DNA from: a virus
Lineage: Duplodnaviria > Caudoviricetes
DNA: 48,072 bases
IMG/VR virus record: IMGVR_UViG_3300048851_000022
Span: 1 to 48,072 of that record
Strand: one strand, 5' to 3'
Shown here: positions 9,748 to 18,027 of the stretch, one piece after another
Numbering within the stretch: position 1 is the first letter of the stretch
Layout: every line of letters begins with the position of its first letter
Notes under the pieces: generated by a model
The model's database searches: none
What the model was told of the DNA's origin: nothing
Seen by the model: the letters and a program-made list of their open reading frames with translations, nothing else
Program-made: the position numbers and the translations under genes

Positions 9748-9833
9748 CGCGTCTTCCCGCAGCGGATGCAGACCCAGCCCCTGGTGGCTGGGTTGTAGGA
9801 CCAGCGGTGCTGCCGCCAGTTCCCGCAGGTCAA
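9744..9833 (-). CDS. 29-aa Cys/His mini-protein (zinc-ribbon-like)
   Basis: MTCGNWRQHRWSYNPATRGWVCIRCGKTR. TTGA overlap with the recombinase stop and ATGA overlap with the next gene. Absent from the ORF track. Confidence 0.6.
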   Translation of the reverse strand: MTCGNWRQHRWSYNPATRGWVCIRCGKTR

Positions 9834-10858
9834 GAGACCACCGCCAGGTGCTTCATGTTCTCGCGCTCCTGGACCGGGAGGTTCTTGGCGAACATCGCCT
9901 TGCCCTTGATCGCAGAGTTGCGGACCTGCCTGTCGATGTCGAGCCCGAGGTACTTCTCGGTCATGGCCCCCGTCGTGTGGTGCAGCATGGCCTGGACCTG
10001 CCTCAGCGCACCGTCGTAGCCCTCTGCCAGTCGAGCATCGAAGAGCGCCCGTGCGCCCGAGCGGCGCAGGGTGTGCTGGCCTTCTCGCAGCGACTCACCG
10101 TTCTCCCCACGGACCTGGTACCCGGCCAGCTCAAGGACGCGCTGGACGTTGCGGTAGGCCTGCGGGTGGGGCTTGCCCGGCACGAGCAGGGGCTCGTGGT
10201 TGAGGTGGTTCACCGACGCCGGGACGATGTAGTTCTCGCGCCGCACGATGCCCGCCTGCCGCCCGTACTCCACAGCCCACCGACGCAGCTCGTAGTCCAG
10301 CTCCTTGGAGATGGGCATGATGTCGCGCTGCTTGGTCTTGGGCACGGTGACGTGGATCTCCTGGCTCTTGTAGTCCACGTCCTGCCAGCGCAGCTCTGCG
10401 ATCTCGCTGCCTCGCAGGAAGAGGAAGAGGCCCAGGGCCACGATGATCCGGTCCTTGGGGGTGGGAGCGGCGTCGAGCAACCTCGGGAACTCATCCGCTG
10501 GGATCCGCAGCTTGGCCGAGGGCATGACCTTCACGGCCCGGGTGGTGGAGAGCGGGTTGGACGCCGGAGGCATGTAGCCGTTGGCCCGTGCCCACTCGAA
10601 GAAGGCCGCGAGGTGGTACCTCCGCTTGTTCAGCGTGCCGTCAGCATCTCCGGCCTTCCGACGCCAGCCGGTGAAGTCCGCAACCAGCTTCGGGGTGACG
10701 GCGTCCAGCGCCTGGTCACCCGAGTGGGTTAGCAGGAACCCCAGAGTGACGCGGATGGATCGCATGGTGGCGGGGGAGTACCCCGCCGCGAGCCGCTCCT
10801 TCTCGAAGAGCGGGATGGCCTGCGAGAGAACCAGGCTGTCGGTGAGCGTCGGCTGCAT
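9830..10858 (-). CDS. int: Tyrosine recombinase / integrase
   Basis: Catalytic residues R (LRGSEI), K (PKTK), HxxR (HTLRR), H (MLHH), Y (TEKY). Core-binding domain present; no evident arm-binding domain. Confidence 0.9.
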   Translation of the reverse strand: MQPTLTDSLVLSQAIPLFEKERLAAGYSPATMRSIRVTLGFLLTHSGDQALDAVTPKLVADFTGWRRKAGDADGTLNKRRYHLAAFFEWARANGYMPPASNPLSTTRAVKVMPSAKLRIPADEFPRLLDAAPTPKDRIIVALGLFLFLRGSEIAELRWQDVDYKSQEIHVTVPKTKQRDIMPISKELDYELRRWAVEYGRQAGIVRRENYIVPASVNHLNHEPLLVPGKPHPQAYRNVQRVLELAGYQVRGENGESLREGQHTLRRSGARALFDARLAEGYDGALRQVQAMLHHTTGAMTEKYLGLDIDRQVRNSAIKGKAMFAKNLPVQERENMKHLAVVS

Positions 10859-10864
10859 GAGTAG

Positions 10865-10873
10865 AAGCTACCA
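10865..10873 (-). promoter_or_regulatory. Probable leaderless promoter (extended -10 TGG-TAGCTT) of the recombinase
   Basis: TAGCTT lies 6 nt upstream of the ATG and there is no RBS, typical of actinobacterial leaderless mRNAs. Confidence 0.45.
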
Positions 10874-10940
10874 CGGAAGCAGCGAAGCGAGTAGGGGGTA
10901 GTAGAACCATCAACTCACAGTCTCTTGACAGGGCCGTGTC

Positions 10941-10970
10941 TTGACACGTCTGTAGCATGTGCGCCACTCT
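10941..10970 (+). promoter_or_regulatory. SigA-type promoter for the repressor, with an operator-like motif in the spacer
   Basis: TTGACA-N18-CACTCT; spacer contains TGTAGCATGTGCGC. Confidence 0.65.
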
Positions 10971-11053
10971 GAGGGAGGTCGGAGACGTGAACCATCGAGT
11001 GTGGTTTTCACCCGATCAGATCCACGCCGGGGGGCGACCAAGAGGAGCGAATA

Positions 11054-11524
11054 GTGGCCGAGAAACTGATCCCAGACGCAGAGGTTGACCGCCTACTGCG
11101 GGCAGGACTGGACCAGGGTGAGGTGGTCGAGTACCTCGCCACACACCACAACATCCACGTCTCGCGCAAGGCCATCTCGCTCTGGTCGCGTCGTCGTGGC
11201 CTGCCGCGTCAGCGTCCCGCCACTCCCTACGAGATCATCCCCTGGAAGATCGAGCCCAACCACCGCTTCAAGCAGGTGGCCCACATGCTCAGGGCCGCTG
11301 CCCGTGAGGACCGGGGGGACGCTGTCCCCCCTCGCATCGCTGGCACTTACGCCAAGTGGAGGCAGATGCTCAAGGACATGGACTACGTCGTGGACTACGA
11401 CCCCGAGACCGAGGGCGGGTTCCTCTACCGCAAGCGCAAACCCTCTGACGGGGACCTCCTCGTGCGGATGCCGAGCAAGGTCACAGCGGCCAACCGCTGG
11501 GAGGACGGCCCCTACCCGAAGTGA
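11054..11524 (+). CDS. Immunity repressor, mycobacteriophage L5 gp71 / cluster A-like
   Basis: N-terminal HTH followed by PW...H...MLR...W...L...VVDYDPET.GGF.Y..R..D.DLLVR, matching the cluster A repressor pattern. Divergent from the integrase. Confidence 0.7.
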   Translation: MAEKLIPDAEVDRLLRAGLDQGEVVEYLATHHNIHVSRKAISLWSRRRGLPRQRPATPYEIIPWKIEPNHRFKQVAHMLRAAAREDRGDAVPPRIAGTYAKWRQMLKDMDYVVDYDPETEGGFLYRKRKPSDGDLLVRMPSKVTAANRWEDGPYPK

Positions 11525-11542
11525 CTCCTTCGATCAAGTAAC

Positions 11543-11578
11543 GAAACCCCGGTGCCGACCGATAGGTGCCGGGGTTTC
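11543..11578 (+). terminator. Terminator-like hairpin after the repressor
   Basis: Perfect 10-bp stem GAAACCCCGG/CCGGGGTTTC, extended by G-U pairs. Confidence 0.7.
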
Positions 11579-11607
11579 ACTGTGTGACGACACTCTCACG
11601 GAGGGTG

Positions 11608-11637
11608 TTGACATCCGTGGGATGTGTGTGTCACTCT
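11608..11637 (+). promoter_or_regulatory. SigA-type promoter of the replication operon, with an operator-like motif in the spacer
   Basis: TTGACA-N18-CACTCT, same architecture as 10941; spacer contains GTGGGATGTGTGT. Confidence 0.65.
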
Positions 11638-11711
11638 GGTGAAGCCAGCGAGGCAGCCGACGAGCGGCGGTCAGGGGCAACAGCGCAGGGCCGCTTGAGA
11701 GGGAGCGTTCG

Positions 11712-12023
11712 TTGAGCACCAGCACCATCGTGGGGACCGCCGTCACGAGCACCGAGGTCCGGGACGAAGACGGCGACCTCATCATCTCCGTCACCGAGCC
11801 CTCCGGTATCACCGGGGGCTGCCGGATCATCTACGTCAGCGGTGTCGGCTTCACCGCCGAGATCGACCGGAGCGCGACTCTGGACGACATCGGAGACCTG
11901 GAAGAGACCCTGGCCAGCCTGGGCCTGGACTTCCTGGACTACGACGAGAAGGGGATGCCGATCCCCGAGGTCGAGGCCGGAGACGGCGTCGGCTTCTCGG
12001 TCTACTCGGTGGTGGAGCTGTGA
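11712..12023 (+). CDS. Acidic hypothetical protein
   Basis: GAGGGAG RBS, TTG start, GTGA overlap with the next gene. Confidence 0.65.
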   Translation: MSTSTIVGTAVTSTEVRDEDGDLIISVTEPSGITGGCRIIYVSGVGFTAEIDRSATLDDIGDLEETLASLGLDFLDYDEKGMPIPEVEAGDGVGFSVYSVVEL

Positions 12024-12877
12024 CCGTCACCCTGCGGGACCTGCCCACCCACGCCAGCTACTCCCAGCTCGACACCTGGATGACGTGCGGGGAGAAGTAC
12101 TGGCTGCAGAAGGCCACCGACATCCCGAACAAGCCATCGTGGGCGCTGCTGGGTGGCAGCACCGTCCACTCCCTGACCGAGGAGATCGACCGCGATCTCT
12201 TCGAGCGAGGTGTGGTATGTGCGGAGGGCGACATCGAGCAGAGGTTCCGGGAGCACCTGGCCCAGCACCTGCGCTCTGAGACCGAACGCAACGGCTACAC
12301 CGAGGACCAGATCATGGCCTCCGGCAGGGCCAGCAAGGCCTGGCCCGAGAAGGAGAACAGGGCCTGGTGGGAACACCACGGCCCGCCGATGATCCGGTCC
12401 TGGATCGAGTGGCAGAAGGTCACCCCCTGGCAGCTCTGGCAGACGCCAGCAGGGGAGTGGGCCATCGAGCTCGAACTGGAAGTCCAGTTCGGCGGCGGTC
12501 CCATCAAGCTGGCCATCGACCGGGTCTACGAGTGGGCCGGGAACCTGATCGTGGTGGACATCAAGTCCGGTCGGGAACCCATCAACCAGTTCCAGCTCGG
12601 TCAGTACGCAGCAGCCATCGAGCAGGAGCTGGGTGTCCGTCCTGGCTACGGCTCCTACTGGATGGCTCGAACCGGTGAGTCCACGGTGGCTCACCCCCTG
12701 GCGCAGTACTCCCAGTCCTACATCGACGCGACGTTCCGCAAGTTCCGGATCGCCAAGGAGCACGGCCTGTTCATGCCCCACCCCTCCAACCTCTGCGGGT
12801 CCTGCGGGGTGAGGGAGTTCTGCACAGCTAAGGGCACCCGAGCCCACGAGATCCCGCGTTCGTACATGGAGGTGTAG
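12020..12877 (+). CDS. RecB-like / Cas4-like PD-(D/E)XK exonuclease
   Basis: SYSQLDTWMTCG, GSTVH, IDRV, VVDIKSG, QLGQY and C-terminal CGSC...C Fe-S ligands. Confidence 0.85.
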   Translation: MTVTLRDLPTHASYSQLDTWMTCGEKYWLQKATDIPNKPSWALLGGSTVHSLTEEIDRDLFERGVVCAEGDIEQRFREHLAQHLRSETERNGYTEDQIMASGRASKAWPEKENRAWWEHHGPPMIRSWIEWQKVTPWQLWQTPAGEWAIELELEVQFGGGPIKLAIDRVYEWAGNLIVVDIKSGREPINQFQLGQYAAAIEQELGVRPGYGSYWMARTGESTVAHPLAQYSQSYIDATFRKFRIAKEHGLFMPHPSNLCGSCGVREFCTAKGTRAHEIPRSYMEV

Positions 12878-12887
12878 GATGTTCGTC
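12872..12887 (+). promoter_or_regulatory. Operator/stoperator-like motif copy
   Basis: GTGTAGGATGTTCGTC at a gene junction (15/16 to consensus GTGTAGGATGTGCGTC). Confidence 0.55.
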
Positions 12888-13085
12888 AACGAACTGGCCA
12901 AGCGCCAGGCCAAGGTCCGCAAGGACATCAACAGGGTGATGAAGGCCCTCCGTGACGTGGACGACCGGCGCAACCAGCGCGGGACCGACCCCCGGACCTG
13001 GTGGCACCTGACCGATCTGCTCGAAGAGCTGCTCGATGACCTCCACGTCCTCATGATCCGTCGGGAACTGCTCGATGAGTCCTGA
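12879..13085 (+). CDS. Hypothetical protein
   Basis: 68-aa helical ORF with GGAGG RBS. Confidence 0.65.
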   Translation: MFVNELAKRQAKVRKDINRVMKALRDVDDRRNQRGTDPRTWWHLTDLLEELLDDLHVLMIRRELLDES

Positions 13086-13659
13086 CGAGGAGGCCGAGCT
13101 GTGCGCTGAGCACTTCGACTGGGTCGTCCGCTACAGCCAGAACTACGCCCGCAAGCAGATGACCGACCAGTTCGCGGACTGCGAGTCCGACGCTCTGCTG
13201 GGGATGCTGCTGGCCATCCGCTCCTGGGATCCAGAGGGCGGTGCTGAACTCACCCAGTGGATCCGCTCGAAGGTCTTCCACCAGATGGTGGACGGCCTGC
13301 GTGAGCGGCTGGGCCGGGTGGTGCCGAAGCACCAGGAGAGGCTGGCGAACTTCAACGCCCCCCTGGACCTGCACTTCCAGATGATCCAAGCCGATACCCC
13401 CGGCATCACCCTCTTCCACGAGCTGATCCCCGAGGTGCAGGAGCACCTCTCGGAGTTCGAGCGTGTGGAGCTTGTGGCCGACCTCTCCCGGGTCGTGCCC
13501 TGTCTGACCGAGAAGCAGCGCAGGATCCTCGGCGCTGTGTTCTGGGAGCAGAAGACCCAGGCTGAGCACGCTGCTCAGCAGGGAGTCACCGAGTCGGCGT
13601 CGAGCCACCTCATGAAGAACACCCTCAAGAAGATCCGGAAGTCCTACGCCCAGGTGTAG
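13075..13659 (+). CDS. Sigma-70 family RNA polymerase sigma factor (FliA/WhiG-like)
   Basis: Region 2 (DALLGMLLAIRSWDPEGG..L..WIR...MVDGLR) and region 4 (LTEKQRRIL...TQAEHA...GVTESASSHL). Confidence 0.8.
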   Translation: MSPDEEAELCAEHFDWVVRYSQNYARKQMTDQFADCESDALLGMLLAIRSWDPEGGAELTQWIRSKVFHQMVDGLRERLGRVVPKHQERLANFNAPLDLHFQMIQADTPGITLFHELIPEVQEHLSEFERVELVADLSRVVPCLTEKQRRILGAVFWEQKTQAEHAAQQGVTESASSHLMKNTLKKIRKSYAQV

Positions 13660-13669
13660 GATGTGCGTC
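13654..13669 (+). promoter_or_regulatory. Operator/stoperator-like motif copy
   Basis: GTGTAGGATGTGCGTC (consensus) at a gene junction. Confidence 0.65.
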
Positions 13670-13680
13670 CAAGGAGAGTC

Positions 13681-14202
13681 GTGACCGACTTCAACTTCCA
13701 GCTCAGCACCAAGCTCGCCTCCGGCGCGCTGGTGAACATCCGCGCGATCACTGCGGAAGAGTTCATCGACCACCTCAAGGAGTTCGAGGGCGAGCTGTCC
13801 CAGCTCCTCGTGGACACCGACGCCACCCTGGTGGCCGCGTCCCGCGTGGCCGCTGGTGGCCTGACCGGCATCGCCCCCGCCCCTGCTGCGGTGGCCCAGG
13901 CCCCCGTCGCCCAGGGCTTCGACACCAGCAACCCCCACGGTGGGTTCACGCCCCCGGCTGCCGCCGCTGGCGTCTCGCTTGAAGGCACCGACCGGTTCGG
14001 GAACTCCTACTACCAGGGTCACCCGAAGGCTCCGCTCACCCCGCGAGGACCGGCGCTGCTCAAGTTCGCCACCTCCCGTGAGGGCAAGCCCTACGCGGTG
14101 TTCGTGGACCCCTGCAAGGGCACCCAGTTCCGTGGTGACCGCAAGCCCGCCGACATGCTGGCCGACGACTACAACGCGGCTCGCGGGATCCAGAAGCCCT
14201 GA
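13681..14202 (+). CDS. Hypothetical replication-module protein
   Basis: AAGGAG RBS and GTG at 13681; Ala/Pro linker; directly upstream of the helicase. Confidence 0.65.
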   Translation: MTDFNFQLSTKLASGALVNIRAITAEEFIDHLKEFEGELSQLLVDTDATLVAASRVAAGGLTGIAPAPAAVAQAPVAQGFDTSNPHGGFTPPAAAAGVSLEGTDRFGNSYYQGHPKAPLTPRGPALLKFATSREGKPYAVFVDPCKGTQFRGDRKPADMLADDYNAARGIQKP

Positions 14203-14203
14203 C

Positions 14204-15010
14204 ATGCTGACCGCCTCTCGCGCACTGCAGAAGGCCCGCAACACCGGGCACCCTCTTCCCGAGGTGCCCGAGCTGGCGGGTTTGTACGCCTCGGGGTGTC
14301 GGCCCAAGAAGGGCCAGATGCTCCTGCTCACCGGGATGCCGAAGGCGGGCAAGTCCCTCTTCGGTCTCTGGTGGGTGAAGCAGATGGGTCTGCCAACCCT
14401 CTACTTCTCCGCCGACATGGACTCCCACGAGGCCCTGACCCGGCTGGCCGCGAGCCAGACCGGGACACCCTCGGACATGGTGGCCACCCACCTCCTGCAA
14501 GACGGTGGCCCGGAGTTCTACCAGGAGGCCGTCGAGAACCTCCCGATCCAGTGGAGCTTCGACTCCGCTCCCACCCTGTGGGACGTGGCCGAGGAACTGG
14601 ACGCCTACGTGGAAGCACACGGCGTCTGGCCCGAGGTGATCGTGATCGACAACCTCATGAACGTGGTGGGGGAGAGCGACGGCGACGACCCGACCGTGGG
14701 GATGCAGGGCATCCTCAAGGAACTCCACGGCCTGGCCCGCACGACAGGTGCTGCGATCTTCGTGCTGCACCACGTCTCCGAAGCTGTGCAGACCGACGCC
14801 ACCATCCCGGCTCCAAGACGGGGTGTGCAGGGGAAGGTCAGCCAGCTGCCCGAGATCGTCCTGACCGTGGCGTTGGATCCGTCCAACAACCGGTTCGGGG
14901 TGGCGTGCGTGGCCAACCGTGGTGGGGCCTGTGACCCCACCGGCAAGCGGTTCGTCAAGCTCAAGTCGGAGCCCAACCTCTGCAGGTTCTCGCACTGGAC
15001 GGGGTACTGA
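14204..15010 (+). CDS. DnaB-like replicative helicase (ATPase domain only)
   Basis: Walker A GMPKAGKS, LYFSAD, Walker B IVIDNL, VLHH; ATG at 14204. Confidence 0.85.
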   Translation: MLTASRALQKARNTGHPLPEVPELAGLYASGCRPKKGQMLLLTGMPKAGKSLFGLWWVKQMGLPTLYFSADMDSHEALTRLAASQTGTPSDMVATHLLQDGGPEFYQEAVENLPIQWSFDSAPTLWDVAEELDAYVEAHGVWPEVIVIDNLMNVVGESDGDDPTVGMQGILKELHGLARTTGAAIFVLHHVSEAVQTDATIPAPRRGVQGKVSQLPEIVLTVALDPSNNRFGVACVANRGGACDPTGKRFVKLKSEPNLCRFSHWTGY

Positions 15011-15011
15011 C

Positions 15012-15353
15012 GTGGGCGTGAACGGGGCCAAGGGCGGGCTGTGGGAGCGCAACATCCTGGACTGGCTGCGCAAGGCGGGGTTCGACGCCGAGCGACTCCG
15101 GCTGGCGGGCAAGGAGGATGAGGGGGATCTGGTCGTCAAGGACGGCCAGGCCCGCTACATCATCGAGGCCAAGGACGTGGCCCGCTGGCAGCTCAAGGAG
15201 TGGTGGCGTCAGGCCGTGGTCGAGCGCGACAACTACTGCAAGCACCGGGGTCTGGACCCCACCACCATCATGCCGATGGTGGTCGTCAAGCACCGGGGCA
15301 CCGGCACCGGCAAGGGCTGGGTCATCACGAGCTTGGAGGAGTTCTTCCAGTGA
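15012..15353 (+). CDS. Holliday junction resolvase (Hjc-like PD-(D/E)XK)
   Basis: KG..WER..., D.GDL, IIEAKD pattern. Confidence 0.75.
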   Translation: MGVNGAKGGLWERNILDWLRKAGFDAERLRLAGKEDEGDLVVKDGQARYIIEAKDVARWQLKEWWRQAVVERDNYCKHRGLDPTTIMPMVVVKHRGTGTGKGWVITSLEEFFQ

Positions 15354-15466
15354 GCGGTAGAGGGATCCCCCTGAACGGCAGCCTCGCTGCCTTCTGGGAA
15401 CTGGAACGCCAGTGGGAGATCAACTGCGAGGCCCGCGAGGACGAGGACTGGGAGGGGGACCGGTGA
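15350..15466 (+). CDS. 38-aa hypothetical protein
   Basis: GTGA overlaps at both ends; GGAGG RBS; MSGRGIPLNGSLAAFWELERQWE... Confidence 0.5.
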   Translation: MSGRGIPLNGSLAAFWELERQWEINCEAREDEDWEGDR

Positions 15467-15858
15467 ACCTGCACGCCCGACCGGACCTCAGCAAGGTGCT
15501 CGACCACTACGTGATCGACCACAAGGTCTTCCAGGACGGCAACCAGAAGATCCGTTGCCCCCACCCAGCACACGACGACCGAGACGCTTCCTGCTCCCTC
15601 CGACTGGATGAGGGGGTGTGGAACTGCTTCGCCTGCGGAGAACGTGGCGATGCCATCACCCTGATCCAGCTCATGGAGGGATTCGAGCAAGTTGTTGACG
15701 CCTTCAAGTTCGGCCAAGCGTTCGTCTCTGGAAGCTCTCAGCCGGGAGTGCGAAAGCAACCTCGGGCAGGGGGCGTCCTATCTGGCAAAGCGGGGTATCA
15801 ACCGCGCTACCGCCGAGAGGTTCCGGCTCGGGGTCGTCCCGACCGACCCTTCTCCTGA
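15463..15858 (+). CDS. DNA primase zinc-binding domain (CHC2)
   Basis: CPHPAHDDRDASC...WNCFACGERGDAI. Confidence 0.85.
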   Translation: MNLHARPDLSKVLDHYVIDHKVFQDGNQKIRCPHPAHDDRDASCSLRLDEGVWNCFACGERGDAITLIQLMEGFEQVVDAFKFGQAFVSGSSQPGVRKQPRAGGVLSGKAGYQPRYRREVPARGRPDRPFS

Positions 15859-16339
15859 ACTGCGACCGTTCATCGGTCGCCTCGCAGTCCCGAGCGTCTC
15901 TCGCTCGGGGGTGGAGGGCCTGCGGTTCAAGCTGATCGACGGCAGCGACGGCCCGAAGATGCTGCCCCTGGCAACGGGGGACGTGACCCGGGTCTACTAC
16001 CCGCAGATCCTCTTCGAGCGCACCAGCATCATGGCGATCACCGAGGGGGAGCCCGACGCCTGGGTCCTCTGGCAGTGCGGGATCCCGGCAGTGGGGATCG
16101 TCGGCTCGAACAACTTCAAGAAGCACCACCCCCGGCTCTTCGCCGGGTTCAGCGATGTCCTCGTGTTCGGGGACAACGACGACGCAGGCAGGAAGTTCGC
16201 CAAGCAGGTCGTCGCTGACATCCCGACCGCTCGTGCGGTCATCGTTGGGACCGAGGGCTCCGACGTGAACGACTTCTACATCGCAAACGGAGGAGAAGAC
16301 GGTGGCGCAGAAGCTGTCCGAGATGCTGCAGGACTCTGA
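15692..16339 (+). CDS. DNA primase TOPRIM domain
   Basis: YLAKRGI, ITEGEPDA, FGDNDDAG, DVND. Overlaps the zinc-domain ORF in another frame. Confidence 0.85.
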   Translation: MLTPSSSAKRSSLEALSRECESNLGQGASYLAKRGINRATAERFRLGVVPTDPSPELRPFIGRLAVPSVSRSGVEGLRFKLIDGSDGPKMLPLATGDVTRVYYPQILFERTSIMAITEGEPDAWVLWQCGIPAVGIVGSNNFKKHHPRLFAGFSDVLVFGDNDDAGRKFAKQVVADIPTARAVIVGTEGSDVNDFYIANGGEDGGAEAVRDAAGL

Positions 16340-16697
16340 GATCCAGTACGACATCCACCCGAAGATCATCGCCGAGATCTACAACATCCTCGGGTTCCGG
16401 TTCGAGCGGGTGGGCAAGGACTTCGAGTCCGAGGTCACCGGCAAGGACATCCACAAGCTGGGCGAGTACCTGCTCCACACGGCCACCCGTGGTGTGACCG
16501 AGGGGACCTACGCCACCGCCCGCATGGCGGTCGAGCGTTACGACGAGAAGGAACTCGGTGGTGGGCGCGGTGTCGCCACCTTCGACCTCTACCTCAAGGT
16601 GGGCACCTCCTCCTTCGAGTACCTCGTGCCCGAGGAGCTGGACGACTCCCTCTCCAAGTGGGAGCAGGACGTGCTGGAAGGGTGGACCGAGCTGTGA
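16302..16697 (+). CDS. Hypothetical protein
   Basis: 131-aa ORF with good codon bias; start uncertain (16302 or 16323). Confidence 0.6.
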   Translation: MAQKLSEMLQDSEIQYDIHPKIIAEIYNILGFRFERVGKDFESEVTGKDIHKLGEYLLHTATRGVTEGTYATARMAVERYDEKELGGGRGVATFDLYLKVGTSSFEYLVPEELDDSLSKWEQDVLEGWTEL

Positions 16698-16939
16698 GCA
16701 ACCTCAACGCTGACCAGCGCGGCGCTCTGGCGCGACAGGGCATCGAGCCCGACGACTACGAACTGCGCAAGGCCAAGGTCCGGATCCGGATCATGGGTGA
16801 CTTCATCTCCCGCAAGGACCTGAGCGTCGAGCGGTTCGAGCAGTCGCTGTTGGAGTGGTTCGAGCGGGATCTCGAAGAGATCAGCTCGTCCATCCTGGAC
16901 CGCAAGGTGCGCGTCACGGTGGAGAACCAGCATGACTGA
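16694..16939 (+). CDS. Hypothetical protein
   Basis: GTGA overlap; MSNLNADQRGALARQGIE... Confidence 0.6.
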   Translation: MSNLNADQRGALARQGIEPDDYELRKAKVRIRIMGDFISRKDLSVERFEQSLLEWFERDLEEISSSILDRKVRVTVENQHD

Positions 16940-17681
16940 GCTGATCCCGGTCATCTCAGATCTGCAGGCCCCCTACCAGGACAACCGGGCTGTGGCTGCG
17001 GTGGCAACGTTCATCGCTGACCGCAACCTCAACTCCGTCTGCGTCGGTGACGCGATGGACGCCCCGCAGATGAGCCGCTGGCACCGTGGTGCCAAGGGTG
17101 AGTTCACCGGGACGGTGGGCAAGGACCGCAACACCACCCTCGGCCTACTGCGGGACCTGCGGGTGAAGCACCTGACTAGGAGCAACCACGATGACCGGTT
17201 GGAGAACTACGTCCGAGAGTTCGCCCCGGCCCTCTACGGAGACCCGGAGCTTCCGGAGTATCGCTTCGAGAACTTCATGCGACTCGACACCATCGGGTGC
17301 GAGTTCCACCGTGAGCCCTGGTCTCCTGCTCCCGGCTGGCTTCTCCTCCACGGGGATGAGTCGGGGCTGTCCCAGATCCCCGGCACTACGGCGATGGGGC
17401 TGGCCAAGAAGACGGGCATGTCAGTGGTGTGCGGGCATACCCACCGGCTGGGCCTGCAGCACCAGGGCGCAGCGTTCGGGGGCAAGGTTCTCCGTCAGCT
17501 CTGGGGGTTCGAGGTGGGCAACCTCATGGACCTCAAGAAGGCTACGTACCTCAAGGGTGGCATCGCCAACTGGCAACAGGGGTTCGGGATCCTCGCCGTG
17601 GACGGCAAGGACGTGACCCCCATCCCGGTCCCGATCAAGGACGGCAAGTTCTACTTCGACGGGAAGGTCTGGAAGGGATGA
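16932..17681 (+). CDS. Calcineurin-like metallophosphoesterase
   Basis: ISDLQ, VGDAMD, SNHD, LHGD and GHTH motifs. Confidence 0.85.
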   Translation: MTELIPVISDLQAPYQDNRAVAAVATFIADRNLNSVCVGDAMDAPQMSRWHRGAKGEFTGTVGKDRNTTLGLLRDLRVKHLTRSNHDDRLENYVREFAPALYGDPELPEYRFENFMRLDTIGCEFHREPWSPAPGWLLLHGDESGLSQIPGTTAMGLAKKTGMSVVCGHTHRLGLQHQGAAFGGKVLRQLWGFEVGNLMDLKKATYLKGGIANWQQGFGILAVDGKDVTPIPVPIKDGKFYFDGKVWKG

Positions 17682-17884
17682 GCCCCAACGACATCCTCCA
17701 CCGGTTCAAGTACCACCGACCGGACGCGGAGAAGGCTGAGCGGCACCAGTTGGTCCGAGACCAGGTGCTGGCCCTGGCCACGGTCCTGAACGCTGTCCTG
17801 CCCGATGGCCGCGAGGCCTCGCTGGCCATCACCAAGCTCGAAGAGGTCATGTTCTGGTCCAACGCGGCGGTGGCCCGCTCGTGA
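17678..17884 (+). CDS. Acb2/Tad1-like helical-hairpin protein (candidate nucleotide-signal sponge)
   Basis: MSPNDILHRFKYHRP...PDGREASLAITKLEEVMFWSNAAVAR matches the F.YH.P ... RE.SLA.TKLEE..MW.NA.IAR pattern; ATGA overlap. Confidence 0.6.
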   Translation: MSPNDILHRFKYHRPDAEKAERHQLVRDQVLALATVLNAVLPDGREASLAITKLEEVMFWSNAAVARS

Positions 17885-18027
17885 AGCGTCTGCCTGAGTT
17901 TCGGATCTGGAAGAACCGTCAGACGGGGGAGTGGTACCTCGCTGCCCCCGGGAACATCGTGGCCTCCTGCCCCAGCCACCGGGCGGCGGTGGCCATCATG
18001 GACATCTGGCATGACGACCGTCGCTGA
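17881..18027 (+). CDS. 48-aa hypothetical protein
   Basis: GTGA overlap; MKRLPEFRIWKNRQTGEWYL... Confidence 0.5.
   Translation: MKRLPEFRIWKNRQTGEWYLAAPGNIVASCPSHRAAVAIMDIWHDDRR

Noticed and set aside
12210-12225. Extra operator-like copies at 12210, 29104 and 29150
   Set aside because: Four or more mismatches to the consensus; cannot be separated from chance without a PWM scan.
12020-12877. Cas4 as evidence of a CRISPR system
   Set aside because: A solo Cas4/RecB-like nuclease is common in actinophage replication modules, and there is no array or other cas gene.
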